A stretch of 60,656 nt of DNA, counting the filler. It is 7 parts of 7 records of this genome, joined end to end, with 100 filler letters (N's around TTAATTAATTAA, not from the genome) between each part and the next. Parts side by side here need not be neighbours in the genome. Positions count along the whole stretch, not along the records: positions 7,554 to 20,221 come from SRR31156797_29122; positions 20,322 to 25,582 come from SRR31156797_29123; 5 more parts are not named here. One strand, given 5' to 3'. The position numbers and the translations under genes were made by a program. Below the pieces are notes generated by a model. That model was given only the letters and a program-made list of their open reading frames with translations, ran no database searches and was not told the DNA's origin. This document shows, piece after piece, positions 9,657-20,711 of the stretch. Positions within the stretch are counted from its first letter, which is position 1. Each line of letters opens with the position of its first letter.

Positions 9657-10817
9657 TTACAATTGAAAAGCTTTTAATTTTCCTGCCGCTTCATCTATAA
9701 TTTGTTGCGGACGCGCAAAACAAAATCTTAATATTCCGAAATTTGTCTTATCATGCGAATATGCTGATAATGGCACCCCGGCCACACCGCATTCTCTGAT
9801 TAATTTTAATGCAACATCTTTATCAGATAAACCATTCTTATTTTCGAAACTAACCGGCTGAAAAATGCCCGATTTTACTTTCAACGGGGTAAAGGGTGTA
9901 TTTTCCAAAAGCGTCGCAAAATAGTCCCTTTTTTGAGCAAATTCATCCGTCAATTCATTGAAGTTGATGTTTGAATCCAAATAATCAGATAGAGCAAACT
10001 GAGCTGGAGTGTTTACATTAAAGGCGATATATTGATGTAATTTGCGAAACTCGTGCATCAAATCCTCAGGCGCAATGCAATAACCAACTCTCCAGCCGGT
10101 AACCTGAAAGATTTTCCCAAATCCCCCAACAATAAAACTTCGTTCTGCCAATTTCTGATATTTCGCAACACTATGATGCTCATAACCATCATAAACTAAA
10201 AATTGTAAAGATTCGTCTGAAAGAATTAAAATATCAGTTCCATTTACAATTCGCTGTAGTTCTTCAAAATCATGCGCTTTTAACAATGCTCCGGTTGGAT
10301 TATGAGGGTTGTTTAAAATAATCATCCGGGTTTTTGGCGTGATTAATTTTTGAACTTTCTCCCAATCTATAGCAAAATTTGGTTGCTCAAGCTTTACATA
10401 AATAGGTTTACCCTGGTTAATCTCAATGGTAGGAGCAAACAAATCGTAAGATGGCTCAAATACAATAACCTCATCATTTTCCCTCACTAAAGTTGACAAC
10501 ACTGTGTAAATTGCCTGCGAAGCACCAGCAGTTATTGTAACCTCTTTTTTTGATTCATAGGTAGTACCATATAAGTCAGCCGTTATTTTTGCAATATTTC
10601 TTCTTAAACCGGCATGACCATTAATAGAAACATAACTGTTTCGATCTTCATTTATATGCTTTTGAATCAGCGAGGTAAGGTGCTGGTTTTGTCTAAAATT
10701 TGGAAACCCTCTCGATAAGTCAATCGCTCTATATTCATTAAATAAATGCGAAACCTCTGAAAAAATCATGGTTCCATAATCAGCAATCTTCCCCCTGACT
10801 GAATGATTGAATTTCAT
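9657..10817 (-). CDS. PLP-dependent class I aminotransferase (YbdL/methionine aminotransferase-like)
   Basis: 'NNPHNPTG', 'LSDE', 'GKIFQVTGWRVGY', 'LRFCFA'. Confidence 0.88.
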   Translation of the reverse strand: MKFNHSVRGKIADYGTMIFSEVSHLFNEYRAIDLSRGFPNFRQNQHLTSLIQKHINEDRNSYVSINGHAGLRRNIAKITADLYGTTYESKKEVTITAGASQAIYTVLSTLVRENDEVIVFEPSYDLFAPTIEINQGKPIYVKLEQPNFAIDWEKVQKLITPKTRMIILNNPHNPTGALLKAHDFEELQRIVNGTDILILSDESLQFLVYDGYEHHSVAKYQKLAERSFIVGGFGKIFQVTGWRVGYCIAPEDLMHEFRKLHQYIAFNVNTPAQFALSDYLDSNINFNELTDEFAQKRDYFATLLENTPFTPLKVKSGIFQPVSFENKNGLSDKDVALKLIRECGVAGVPLSAYSHDKTNFGILRFCFARPQQIIDEAAGKLKAFQL

Positions 10818-10923
10818 TATAAAGTCATTTAATTATTAATCCTTCTGCTACAATTCACAATAAGCTGCATTGTTCTCAAAACTTGCTTTTTGACAATTTT
10901 CTTTTGCGAAAATACATAAACAT

Positions 10924-11634
10924 TTACTGACTAAAAATTTGTTTTAAAACTTCATATGATTTAATTTCTCCCACACCCATCTGAACTCTGTAGAAATCAA
11001 TTAAATGACCTAACAATAACACTTGCGTGTCTTTGTTTAATTTTAACTCATTAAACCTTGAAACAGGAGTAGAGAGTAATAAATCAAATTGATTACTAAG
11101 TTCATCAGGAATAGTATCATGCATTATTTTTGACACATATGTCCCCTCAGAAGGAGAAAAGAAGGAATTCTTGATGTCTTTACGACCTGGGAAAAACCCA
11201 AGAAACCTAGTGAGATGAACCAAAAAAACTAAATGAAAATGGTGTGCATTATCTTCAACCTCATCAAACAAATGAAATGCATTCGCTAAAAAGGCAAACA
11301 AATCTCGATCGGCTTCATTTTCGGGAATAACTTTGTTTAGAATTTCAGCTAAAAACTGCGCTATGGTATTTTTGGAAATTGAAAATGGAATGGTGGCATA
11401 AGGATGTTCAAAACGCAATTGGCTTATGCGCTGCACACTTTTTTTAGCACTAAAATTAATCTCAAAGTTTAAATGAAATAATGGTTGAAAGAAATTTGAG
11501 CTTCCCTTTTTACGACTTCTGTTTACAATGGTTGAGATTCTTCCATACTCTTTGGTAAATAGGGTCACAATAAGCTGACTATCACCATATTTTATAGTTC
11601 TAATTACAATACCTTCAACAGTTGACGGGCTCAT
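10924..11634 (-). CDS. recO: DNA repair protein RecO
   Basis: 'GIVIRTIKYGDSQLIVTLFTKEYG' OB-fold start, 'LTRFLGFFP'. Confidence 0.9.
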   Translation of the reverse strand: MSPSTVEGIVIRTIKYGDSQLIVTLFTKEYGRISTIVNRSRKKGSSNFFQPLFHLNFEINFSAKKSVQRISQLRFEHPYATIPFSISKNTIAQFLAEILNKVIPENEADRDLFAFLANAFHLFDEVEDNAHHFHLVFLVHLTRFLGFFPGRKDIKNSFFSPSEGTYVSKIMHDTIPDELSNQFDLLLSTPVSRFNELKLNKDTQVLLLGHLIDFYRVQMGVGEIKSYEVLKQIFSQ

Positions 11635-13949
11635 TGACTAACTACAAATATTTTACCAGATACTGTTTGAGAACCATCAGCAGATGAAGCATAAATCATA
11701 TATACACCGGTACTAACTCGCACATTATTAAAATCTTTCATGTTCCAATATGCAGTACCTCCAATAGCTTTTGTTTCAAATACAATTTGTCCGGCAACAT
11801 CTGCTATTTTTATTTTCATTTCATTTTGCAACCCCTCTATTTGAACTAAATCATTAAAATGTTCATACACAGGATTTGGAAATACTTTCAATTCATCAAC
11901 TGCAGCAACACTCTCTTTTACACCGACATAATAAGCCATTAAGCCCTCTTCAGTTCCGATATAAACAATTCCATTTTGTTCGTCAACTTCAATATCTCGA
12001 ATAAAATCTGAAGGCAAAGGGCTATTGCTTGTATTTAAATTCAATATTTGTTCTGTTCCATCAGGTGAAATCAAAAAAGCTCCACCAGTTTCTGTACCAA
12101 TCCATTTTCTATTTCCGGCATCTACAGCAACAGCTGAAACTCGCTCGTTTTCTAATAAATATTGAGCTATACCACCTTGTTCAACTATAATCCTGGAAGC
12201 TGAGATATCGTTTTCCAATGCAGAAGATGCGTTATAAAAAACTGCCAATCCACCTTCATCCATTCCAAACCAAACATAACCATCCTGATCCACTTCAAAA
12301 GCTGTTACAATATTGGTTAAGCTACTTCCATCACTACTCCTTACAGAAAATTTATTATAAGCATCTGTTGTCTCACCCGATTTTAATTTCTCCGGATCGA
12401 AAACTACCATGCCAGATCCCTCCTCAGTAAACCACATATCACCCCATGGCATTTTTTTAAGTCTTTTTACAGTGCTATTAGAAATTTCATTATTTAAACT
12501 ATAGGAACTCCACTCACCTGTTCCATTGTAATAATTTATTGGATTAGGAACGCCTGATGCCAAAACCCAGGCACCTATATCATCATCGGCCTGTAGACCC
12601 GTAGTTATAATATACACATCCGGATAACCTAATATATTTTGTAGTGTGCTGTTATCCTCATTATAAAACTCAACTACTGAAGTATCTTCAAAAACTAAAA
12701 ACCCATAACCAAAAGAGGTAGCATACATTCTGGAGCCATTACCTTTTTCAAATGCCAAAAAATTAATATTGGGTATACTCTTTAATCCACTATTATTAGT
12801 ACCGTTAATATTAAACCAATAATCATCATAAATATACATACCGTATTGTTTGTATTTTGCCCCAGATGTACCACCTGTGACATAAATTTTACCGTTTTTT
12901 TCCACAATTCTATAGATAGTATTTGCAAATGGACTATTCGGATACATTGATACCTCCTCATTACCAGCAACTTGAACCAAACCTGCATCAACATCAGCAT
13001 AAAATATCTTATCATTAAGTATTACAGCATCTCCGGGTGAAACCCAACTATTTTCATACCCATTAAAGTAACTCTTAGATATAATTCCCCCCTGACTGTT
13101 AAAAAACCATGTTACGTATGATCCGGTCAAAACATAATATTTGCCTCTTTTATCTAACCTTCTAGCATAAAATGGAGATGGTGTCTCTAATTCATGAAAT
13201 ACCCCATTTTTATATAAAAAAACAATATCATTGTCGCCATCTAAACTATTTCCGACACAATAAATAGAATCTCCAATAAACTCAACAAAACTAAAATAAG
13301 TCCTCTGCGAAAGAAGTGTGTCAATAATGTTCCAATTTTGGAAATTATGCAAATTATTCTCTGCCTGAGAGGCTACATAAATACCCTTATCGGTGGCAAC
13401 CCATACTGAATCTAATCCTAGTGCTACATCTTTTACCACTACTGCATCCTGGCTGGAGCCAAGAAAATACGTACTCTGAATTTCTTTTTCAGGAATATTT
13501 ATGACTAACAAGCCAAAATCACATGCCACATATGCAGTATCACCTGCAAAATGGAAATTATTTATCGTCTTAGAGCTCAATGAACTATTCTGTTGCACAT
13601 CAACAATAGTATATACTTCATTATCTTTTACAAAATCGATAATACCACTGGAATAACCTACCATCAGAAAATTATGCTCTTTATTGTATTTTATAGTAGT
13701 GATATCAACATCAGATAAGCCTTCGACAGTAGTTTTGGTTGAAAACTCACCAGATTCAGTATCATATTTAAATATAGCAGATCTTGTGGCTGCGTAAATA
13801 ACTCCATTATGCTCATCAATCATTGTCACATTACGTTTGGAAATATGGTCTATCCATTCCCCAATTTCATATGTCTGAGCACTTGAAATCTTTAGTATAC
13901 TTAAAAATATAATTATTAAAGCGTATCGAAATAATTTAATGATTTGCAT
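11631..13949 (-). CDS. porZ: Type IX secretion system component PorZ-like (beta-propellers plus T9SS CTD)
   Basis: 'IGEWIDH', 'AVDAGNRKWIGT', 'NSPLPSD', CTD 'VFPNPV...STGVYMI'; lies next to recO as in other Bacteroidota. Confidence 0.82.
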   Translation of the reverse strand: MQIIKLFRYALIIIFLSILKISSAQTYEIGEWIDHISKRNVTMIDEHNGVIYAATRSAIFKYDTESGEFSTKTTVEGLSDVDITTIKYNKEHNFLMVGYSSGIIDFVKDNEVYTIVDVQQNSSLSSKTINNFHFAGDTAYVACDFGLLVINIPEKEIQSTYFLGSSQDAVVVKDVALGLDSVWVATDKGIYVASQAENNLHNFQNWNIIDTLLSQRTYFSFVEFIGDSIYCVGNSLDGDNDIVFLYKNGVFHELETPSPFYARRLDKRGKYYVLTGSYVTWFFNSQGGIISKSYFNGYENSWVSPGDAVILNDKIFYADVDAGLVQVAGNEEVSMYPNSPFANTIYRIVEKNGKIYVTGGTSGAKYKQYGMYIYDDYWFNINGTNNSGLKSIPNINFLAFEKGNGSRMYATSFGYGFLVFEDTSVVEFYNEDNSTLQNILGYPDVYIITTGLQADDDIGAWVLASGVPNPINYYNGTGEWSSYSLNNEISNSTVKRLKKMPWGDMWFTEEGSGMVVFDPEKLKSGETTDAYNKFSVRSSDGSSLTNIVTAFEVDQDGYVWFGMDEGGLAVFYNASSALENDISASRIIVEQGGIAQYLLENERVSAVAVDAGNRKWIGTETGGAFLISPDGTEQILNLNTSNSPLPSDFIRDIEVDEQNGIVYIGTEEGLMAYYVGVKESVAAVDELKVFPNPVYEHFNDLVQIEGLQNEMKIKIADVAGQIVFETKAIGGTAYWNMKDFNNVRVSTGVYMIYASSADGSQTVSGKIFVVSQ

Positions 13950-14027
13950 AAACAGTTGTTTCTTGTTTTATTTTACAATAACTATTTTCTGGGTTAATTA
14001 TTTTGTTGATCTGGGCTTAACGCTATT

Positions 14028-14606
14028 TTATTTGTTTTTCAGATATTCTACAAATTTCTGAAATGCCTTTCCACGGTGACTAATTTTGTTTTTGATGCTT
14101 AATTCTAATTCCGCAAAGGTTTGATTATATCCATCAGGCACAAAAACCGGATCATACCCAAAGCCTTCATCTCCTCTCTTTTCATCTATTATCTTTCCAT
14201 TTACAACCCCCTCAAAATAAAGGACTTCTCCTTCAGACATATAGCAAATTACAGTGCGAAAACGTGCTTTGCGGTCTTTATGTCCCTGCATTTCGTGAAG
14301 TAGTTTTTCAAGGTTTGCTTTATCACTTTTAGGCTGACCGGCATACCTAGCAGAATGTACTCCAGGCTGTCCATTTAATGCATCAACTTCAAGACCGGTA
14401 TCGTCAGCAAAAACAGATTTGCTTATCTTATTAAACACAAAAGATGCCTTTTCATAAGCATTGGCTTTTAATGTATCTCCATTTTCAGGTATTTCTGTAA
14501 AAAAATTAATATCGTCCAGATCCAGAATTTTCGAAATCCCCTGGGTAATATGTTTTATTTCTTTTGACTTATGCCTATTATGTGTAGCAAATATTAATTC
14601 TTTCAT
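14028..14606 (-). CDS. rdgB: Non-canonical purine NTP pyrophosphatase (Ham1)
   Basis: 'FATHNRHK', 'ADDTGL', 'GFGYDP', 'SHRGKA'. Confidence 0.93.
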   Translation of the reverse strand: MKELIFATHNRHKSKEIKHITQGISKILDLDDINFFTEIPENGDTLKANAYEKASFVFNKISKSVFADDTGLEVDALNGQPGVHSARYAGQPKSDKANLEKLLHEMQGHKDRKARFRTVICYMSEGEVLYFEGVVNGKIIDEKRGDEGFGYDPVFVPDGYNQTFAELELSIKNKISHRGKAFQKFVEYLKNK

Positions 14607-14607
14607 A

Positions 14608-16245
14608 TTAGTCTATTTCAGGTTGTCTTTTAGGAATTGGTCTCTCTGAAATGCCCCATACAAAAAAAGTATAGAAAAAGGCAAATAATAATCCACCGGC
14701 CTGAGTTTCAATGGTATCCTCATTAAGCATTGAAAGTAGAATAATTCCAAATACAATCAATGCTGGCATATTTAACTTCCGCTTAAATAATTTATAGAAT
14801 ACCGGGAAAAAGAAGCCCCAGATAAATATCGCAAAACCAATTATTCCAAAAGTCAGCATTATGGTAATATATTGATTATGGGTTCGCAACCTCCATCTTT
14901 CCGACAAAACGCTATTTGTTTCTTCATAATACTTTGCAAAAGCATCTTTGACATCGCCTGTTCCAATACCTATAATTGGACTTGTTTTAAAAATATCTAA
15001 ACCTGCATCCATGTAATAAAATCTTTGAACTATTGAATAGCCACTGGGATTTGCACCATTTCTATATCTTTCAAACTCCCAAAAGATTTTATACAAACTG
15101 GCATATATATTCAATTTTTCTGTGTAGAGGTAATTTGCAAAACCATTTTCGATAGCTTGTATGTCTTTTGTGGTCAACTTTGAGACACCTACAGAATCTT
15201 TATTATAACCTTTTGATGTCAAATACCTGATTAATGTATGTTTTATTTTGTGACCTCTATTGTCTTTACCATTAAAATCAAATCTGCTAACTTTATTCCA
15301 TTCTTTACTCAACTCTTTTGTTGAAATATTTGCATACACGTAATGCCCATTTTCATAAAAATTTTTATTGAGATAATGAGCGTACTTATTACCATTTACA
15401 GTAAACTCCGGTAATTCCTCTTTTACAGGAACTATTCTAAAATTATATCTGGCGTATGATTTTATAATAAATGAACTTACAATAAGGAACAATCCAAGAA
15501 TAATCATAAAAGAAATAAACCTAAATACGAAATGCCTGATTAGATAAGCAAAATACAATGAAAGGAAAAACATACCTGCCGCTAAAACAACAAAACCAGT
15601 AATAGATTTTAATATAAAGAGGAAAAAAATCAGCCATAAAATCAACGGAATACCCCAATATTTAAAATACCTATCCCTTTTAGCAGGAAAAACAAGCATG
15701 TAAAGAGAAACAAAAATGACAATGCACACATAAAGCGCAAATCTAATATGAGAAACAACCTTTACTATTCTTCTGGTGGTTCCCAGATTAAATAAGCCTT
15801 CGTCATATAAAACATACATGCTTCGGAAAGTGGCTAAAGCTATTGATACTGCAAATATTTTAAATACCAGTCTCCATTGATCGGATGACAATGGTTTAGT
15901 TGTCGAAAATACTAATGGAAGCAATAAAAGCGGAATCTTTACGCGAAAATCCTTAGCTGCATAATTGAAATTTTCGGTCCAAATTAACCCAATAAAATGA
16001 ATAATTATAATACCAAGAAAAGACAACACAAGCTTATCGCTCAATGCTGCACGCAGCTTATCTAAAACTTTTGGATCAATTACCCAATTTGTAAATATAA
16101 GTCCCAGCCCAATTGTCATAAACGACCTGGAAAAAGACAATCCAACCAATAAAATAAGGATTCCGAAAATATGAATATTTTCTCTGGAAATAAAAGAGGG
16201 TAGTTTTTTTATCATATTTCCAAAATTAACATTTTTGGTTTTCAA
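14608..16245 (-). CDS. O-antigen ligase family membrane protein
   Basis: Multi-TM protein with 'PIIGIGTG' and 'THNQYI...GIIG' Wzy_C motifs; TTG start uncertain. Confidence 0.8.
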   Translation of the reverse strand: MKTKNVNFGNMIKKLPSFISRENIHIFGILILLVGLSFSRSFMTIGLGLIFTNWVIDPKVLDKLRAALSDKLVLSFLGIIIIHFIGLIWTENFNYAAKDFRVKIPLLLLPLVFSTTKPLSSDQWRLVFKIFAVSIALATFRSMYVLYDEGLFNLGTTRRIVKVVSHIRFALYVCIVIFVSLYMLVFPAKRDRYFKYWGIPLILWLIFFLFILKSITGFVVLAAGMFFLSLYFAYLIRHFVFRFISFMIILGLFLIVSSFIIKSYARYNFRIVPVKEELPEFTVNGNKYAHYLNKNFYENGHYVYANISTKELSKEWNKVSRFDFNGKDNRGHKIKHTLIRYLTSKGYNKDSVGVSKLTTKDIQAIENGFANYLYTEKLNIYASLYKIFWEFERYRNGANPSGYSIVQRFYYMDAGLDIFKTSPIIGIGTGDVKDAFAKYYEETNSVLSERWRLRTHNQYITIMLTFGIIGFAIFIWGFFFPVFYKLFKRKLNMPALIVFGIILLSMLNEDTIETQAGGLLFAFFYTFFVWGISERPIPKRQPEID

Positions 16246-16271
16246 AATATCTAAATCCTAAAAGTAGTATA

Positions 16272-16490
16272 CTATTTTATCAAAATAGCACCAACAGGGC
16301 ATTTTTCAGACATTTCCCTTAAGGCTTTGTCATCCATAAACGGATAAACTGATTGCTGTATTGTAGCAAGCGGCTCATTTAATATAATGGCCTTGCCATC
16401 GTCATCAGAAATGGTAAAAAAATCAGGGATAATGTCAACACAAATGGCACAACCAATGCATTTCTCGCGTTGAAGAACTATTTTTTTCAT
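16272..16490 (-). CDS. Single-cluster ferredoxin
   Basis: CIGCAIC...CP motif; start overlaps the U32 stop (ATGA). Confidence 0.85.
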   Translation of the reverse strand: MKKIVLQREKCIGCAICVDIIPDFFTISDDDGKAIILNEPLATIQQSVYPFMDDKALREMSEKCPVGAILIK

Positions 16491-17773
16491 TGTAGATTTG
16501 CATATTCAGCCGGAACAACCTTATAAATCTTATCATTTCGACGAACCACTCTGGGAACCGGAATACTTACAAAGTTGCCTTGAGGCGCATGATCAACCTG
16601 TTTCAGGTCCAATCTAATTTCTTCAACTGTTTTCTCAATAGTACCTGTAGTTGGACCAATAATTAGGATTTTATCTCCAACTTTAAGATCATTTGCTTCA
16701 AGCTTAAATTCTGCTACTCCAATTTTTGAAAAATAATTAGTGGTTTTGCCCACAAGCATTTTTCTTTCTGTAGCTTGAGATCCATAGATATGACTCCACT
16801 CACCCATTTTTTGCCCCAGATAATATCCATCCCAAAAACCTCGATTAAAAACTCTTCCAAGTTCTTTCATCAAACCATCAATCAATTCCTGGGAATAAGT
16901 TCCATCTGCGATGGCTCTTACAGCTTTGTCATATGCAGTAATTACTGTTTTAACATATTCGGGAGATCGAGCCCTTCCTTCAATTTTTAACACAGAAACA
17001 CCAGCATCTAGTATTTTATTTAAAAACCCAATTGTACATAAATCTTTTGGCGACATCAAATATTCATTATCCACGCCAATCTCATAGCCTGATTCATTGT
17101 CAGTTAAGGTGTAAGAACGCCTGCAAGTTTGCATGCATGCCCCACGGTTTGCACTGGCATTAAATTCATGCAAACTCAAATAGCATTTCCCTGAAACAGC
17201 CATACACAATGCCCCATGTACAAATATTTCAATACGCATTTTATCACCACCAGGACCTGCAATATTTTGCGCTTCAATTTGCCTTACAATTTCAGCAGTT
17301 TGATTTAAATTCAATTCACGCGCAAGCACAGCCACATCCACAAATTGTGAAAAAAACTTAAGCGATTGTGTATTACTTATGTTTAATTGAGTTGATGCAT
17401 GCACCTCTAAACCAATCTCTCGTGCATACATCAAGGCAGCCATATCTGAGACAATTACTGCAGAAATACCAGCCTCCTTGGCTTTATCCATCAATACTTG
17501 GGTAGGCTTTTGGTCATGATCGTACAAAACAGTATTTACCGTTAAGTAGGATTGTACTCCTTTCTGCTCACACCTCGAAACGATTTCAGGTAAATCATTC
17601 ATGGTAAAATTCACAGAAGAGTGTGCCCTCATATTCAAATGACCCACACCAAAATAAACCGCATCAGCTCCAGCATCAATTGCAGTTTGAAGACTTTCAA
17701 AATTTCCGGCCGGAGCCATTATCTCAATATCTTCCCTTCTTATCTTACGGTTATATGTAACTATATTATTCAT
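16487..17773 (-). CDS. Peptidase U32 family protein (TrhP/YegQ-like Fe-S hydroxylase)
   Basis: 'APAGNF', 'GADAVYFG', 'HGALCMAVSGKC', 'NRGACMQTCR', 'LKIEGR'. Confidence 0.9.
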   Translation of the reverse strand: MNNIVTYNRKIRREDIEIMAPAGNFESLQTAIDAGADAVYFGVGHLNMRAHSSVNFTMNDLPEIVSRCEQKGVQSYLTVNTVLYDHDQKPTQVLMDKAKEAGISAVIVSDMAALMYAREIGLEVHASTQLNISNTQSLKFFSQFVDVAVLARELNLNQTAEIVRQIEAQNIAGPGGDKMRIEIFVHGALCMAVSGKCYLSLHEFNASANRGACMQTCRRSYTLTDNESGYEIGVDNEYLMSPKDLCTIGFLNKILDAGVSVLKIEGRARSPEYVKTVITAYDKAVRAIADGTYSQELIDGLMKELGRVFNRGFWDGYYLGQKMGEWSHIYGSQATERKMLVGKTTNYFSKIGVAEFKLEANDLKVGDKILIIGPTTGTIEKTVEEIRLDLKQVDHAPQGNFVSIPVPRVVRRNDKIYKVVPAEYANLQ

Positions 17774-18776
17774 TCAAATTCCAATAATAATTCAGTTGGC
17801 TAACAATTTTTTCATCGTCTTGTTGTTGCATGCAATTAAAATGCTTTTTAGGGCACTTTTCATAGCCAATTTTGGAGCACGGCCTACATGAAAGGTTATT
17901 TACCTCCGCAACATAAAAAAAGTCTCTTTTTGAGGGCATATAAGGATACATACCTAAATCAGGGGTTGTATTTCCCCAAACGCTTACAATTGGTTTTTTT
18001 AATGCCGCTGCAATATGCATCATTCCGGTATCAGGTGTTAGAACAACTCTGGCATTTTTTATTAATAATGCTGAACCATCTATTGATACTTTACCACAGG
18101 TATTCTGTACAGGAATGTTGACCTTTGAGGCAAGCTTTTCAGAAACTTCAACTACATCAGGTCCACCAATCAAAATTACTGGTTTGCCAAAAGCATTGAG
18201 CCAATTAACCATTTTATCTTCAGGGATTTGCTTCGTTGCGTGGTTGGCGCCCAATACAGCTACAAAATATCCTTTATTAAATGAATTATCTAACTGAATT
18301 TCTTCCTTTTGATCAGGATTCGGGAAAAAATCAAGTCCTTGTTCATCGTTTTGAATATCAAATAGCTTCACTGTCTCCAAATATCGATCAACAATATGAA
18401 CATTCGGCATTTTATTCATTTTAAATCGCACGTATAACCACTTTTTCCAATTCAGCTTATTGAATGAAAATGAAACCCTGCCTAACGCACTTTTTACTCT
18501 AGCCGATCTTAAGTTCTTATGTAAATCAATTACATAATCAAACTGGTCCTTTTTAAGCTCTTGAAGGGTTTGTTTTAAATCTCCATCAAACTCATGAACC
18601 TTATCTACGTATGGATTATATTTTACTAACCCACTAAATCGCTTTTTGGTCAGATAATGAATCTCTGCTCCTTCAACTTGCTTTTTCAACATTCTGACAA
18701 CAGGAGTAGTTAGCACAATATCACCTATTGAACTAAAACGGACTATTAAAAAACGAACCTGGTTCATATTCTTCAT
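17766..18776 (-). CDS. Glycosyltransferase family 9 (heptosyltransferase-like)
   Basis: 'RFSSIGDIVLT', 'DTGMMHIAAA', 'CRPCSKIG'. Confidence 0.9.
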   Translation of the reverse strand: MKNMNQVRFLIVRFSSIGDIVLTTPVVRMLKKQVEGAEIHYLTKKRFSGLVKYNPYVDKVHEFDGDLKQTLQELKKDQFDYVIDLHKNLRSARVKSALGRVSFSFNKLNWKKWLYVRFKMNKMPNVHIVDRYLETVKLFDIQNDEQGLDFFPNPDQKEEIQLDNSFNKGYFVAVLGANHATKQIPEDKMVNWLNAFGKPVILIGGPDVVEVSEKLASKVNIPVQNTCGKVSIDGSALLIKNARVVLTPDTGMMHIAAALKKPIVSVWGNTTPDLGMYPYMPSKRDFFYVAEVNNLSCRPCSKIGYEKCPKKHFNCMQQQDDEKIVSQLNYYWNLNE

Positions 18777-18792
18777 GCTTAAATCAAGTGCA

Positions 18793-18800
18793 CAAAGGTA
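18793..18800 (-). promoter_or_regulatory. Bacteroidetes sigmaA -7 element for the GT9-U32-ferredoxin operon
   Basis: Minus strand TACCTTTG matches TAnnTTTG. Confidence 0.55.
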
Positions 18801-18821
18801 AAAAATATTGGGTAGGAAATA

Positions 18822-18878
18822 TAAAAGAAAAATTCATCGCCGGGAATCTGGGCAGATTTGAAATTGTCCCGGCGATGA
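18822..18878 (-). terminator. Terminator after atpC
   Basis: 12-bp stem TCATCGCCGGGA/TCCCGGCGATGA followed by a T-rich tract on the minus strand. Confidence 0.7.
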
Positions 18879-18886
18879 TAATATTA

Positions 18887-19132
18887 TTAAATACTCATTT
18901 CAGTGAGTACCACAATTTGATTTTGTTTTACCTGAATTACACCACCCGGTATATCAAAAAACTCTTCAGTTCCACTGGTGGTTTTTATTTTAACTTTTCC
19001 TCTGACTAATGTCGAAATAATTGGAGCGTGGTTTTTAAGTACTTCAAACGTTCCCTTTGCACCGGGAACCTGAATTAGATCAACCTCACCATCAAAAAGC
19101 AATTGTTCAGGTGTAATTATTTTGAGTTGCAT
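18887..19132 (-). CDS. atpC: ATP synthase F1 epsilon subunit (short Bacteroidota type)
   Basis: 'LKIITPE', 'VPGAKGTFEVLKNHAPIIS'; directly downstream of atpD. Confidence 0.92.
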   Translation of the reverse strand: MQLKIITPEQLLFDGEVDLIQVPGAKGTFEVLKNHAPIISTLVRGKVKIKTTSGTEEFFDIPGGVIQVKQNQIVVLTEMSI

Positions 19133-19135
19133 AGG

Positions 19136-20221
<1,086 letters not shown>

Positions 20222-20321
20222 NNNNNNNNNNNNNNNNNNNNNNNNNNNNNNNNNNNNNNNNNNNNTTAATTAATTAANNNNNNNNNNNNNNNNNNNNNNN
20301 NNNNNNNNNNNNNNNNNNNNN
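20222..20321. other. Artificial contig spacer
   Basis: N44-TTAATTAATTAA-N44. Confidence 0.98.
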
Positions 20322-20686
20322 ACTGGGAACAAACAGTAAAAGATGAAAATTATTCTGGCGACAATCCCGGCTCAGAGCAGGAAACTCAATACATGATTGA
20401 ATTGCTGAATAAAATAGAACCAGAAATAATTTTAACACTCCATGCCCCGTTAAAATGTGTAAACTATGATGGTCCGGCTAAAAAAATGGCAACTAAAATT
20501 GCTGAATTTTGTGACTACCCGGTAATAGCCGATCTGGGCTATCCTACTCCGGGATCGTTTGGAACCTATTGTGGCATTGAACGCCAAATCCCAACCATTA
20601 CTCTGGAATATGATGATCAGGAAAACAATGAAAGCATTTATAGAAAATCAAAGAAAGTTTTTGACTGGCTCTCTGAATTAAAGTAA
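20322..20686 (+). CDS. M14 zinc carboxypeptidase / murein peptide amidase MpaA-like (5' truncated)
   Basis: 'PGSEQETQ', 'LTLHAPL', 'GYPTPGSFGTYCG...TITLE'. Confidence 0.8.
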
Positions 20687-20711
20687 TCAGATTAGCTTTC
20701 TCAGTTCTACG

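Noticed and set aside
18887-19132. Truncated atpC as a pseudogene
   Set aside because: Short epsilon subunits lacking the C-terminal helices, and a separate atpDC pair, are normal in Bacteroidota.
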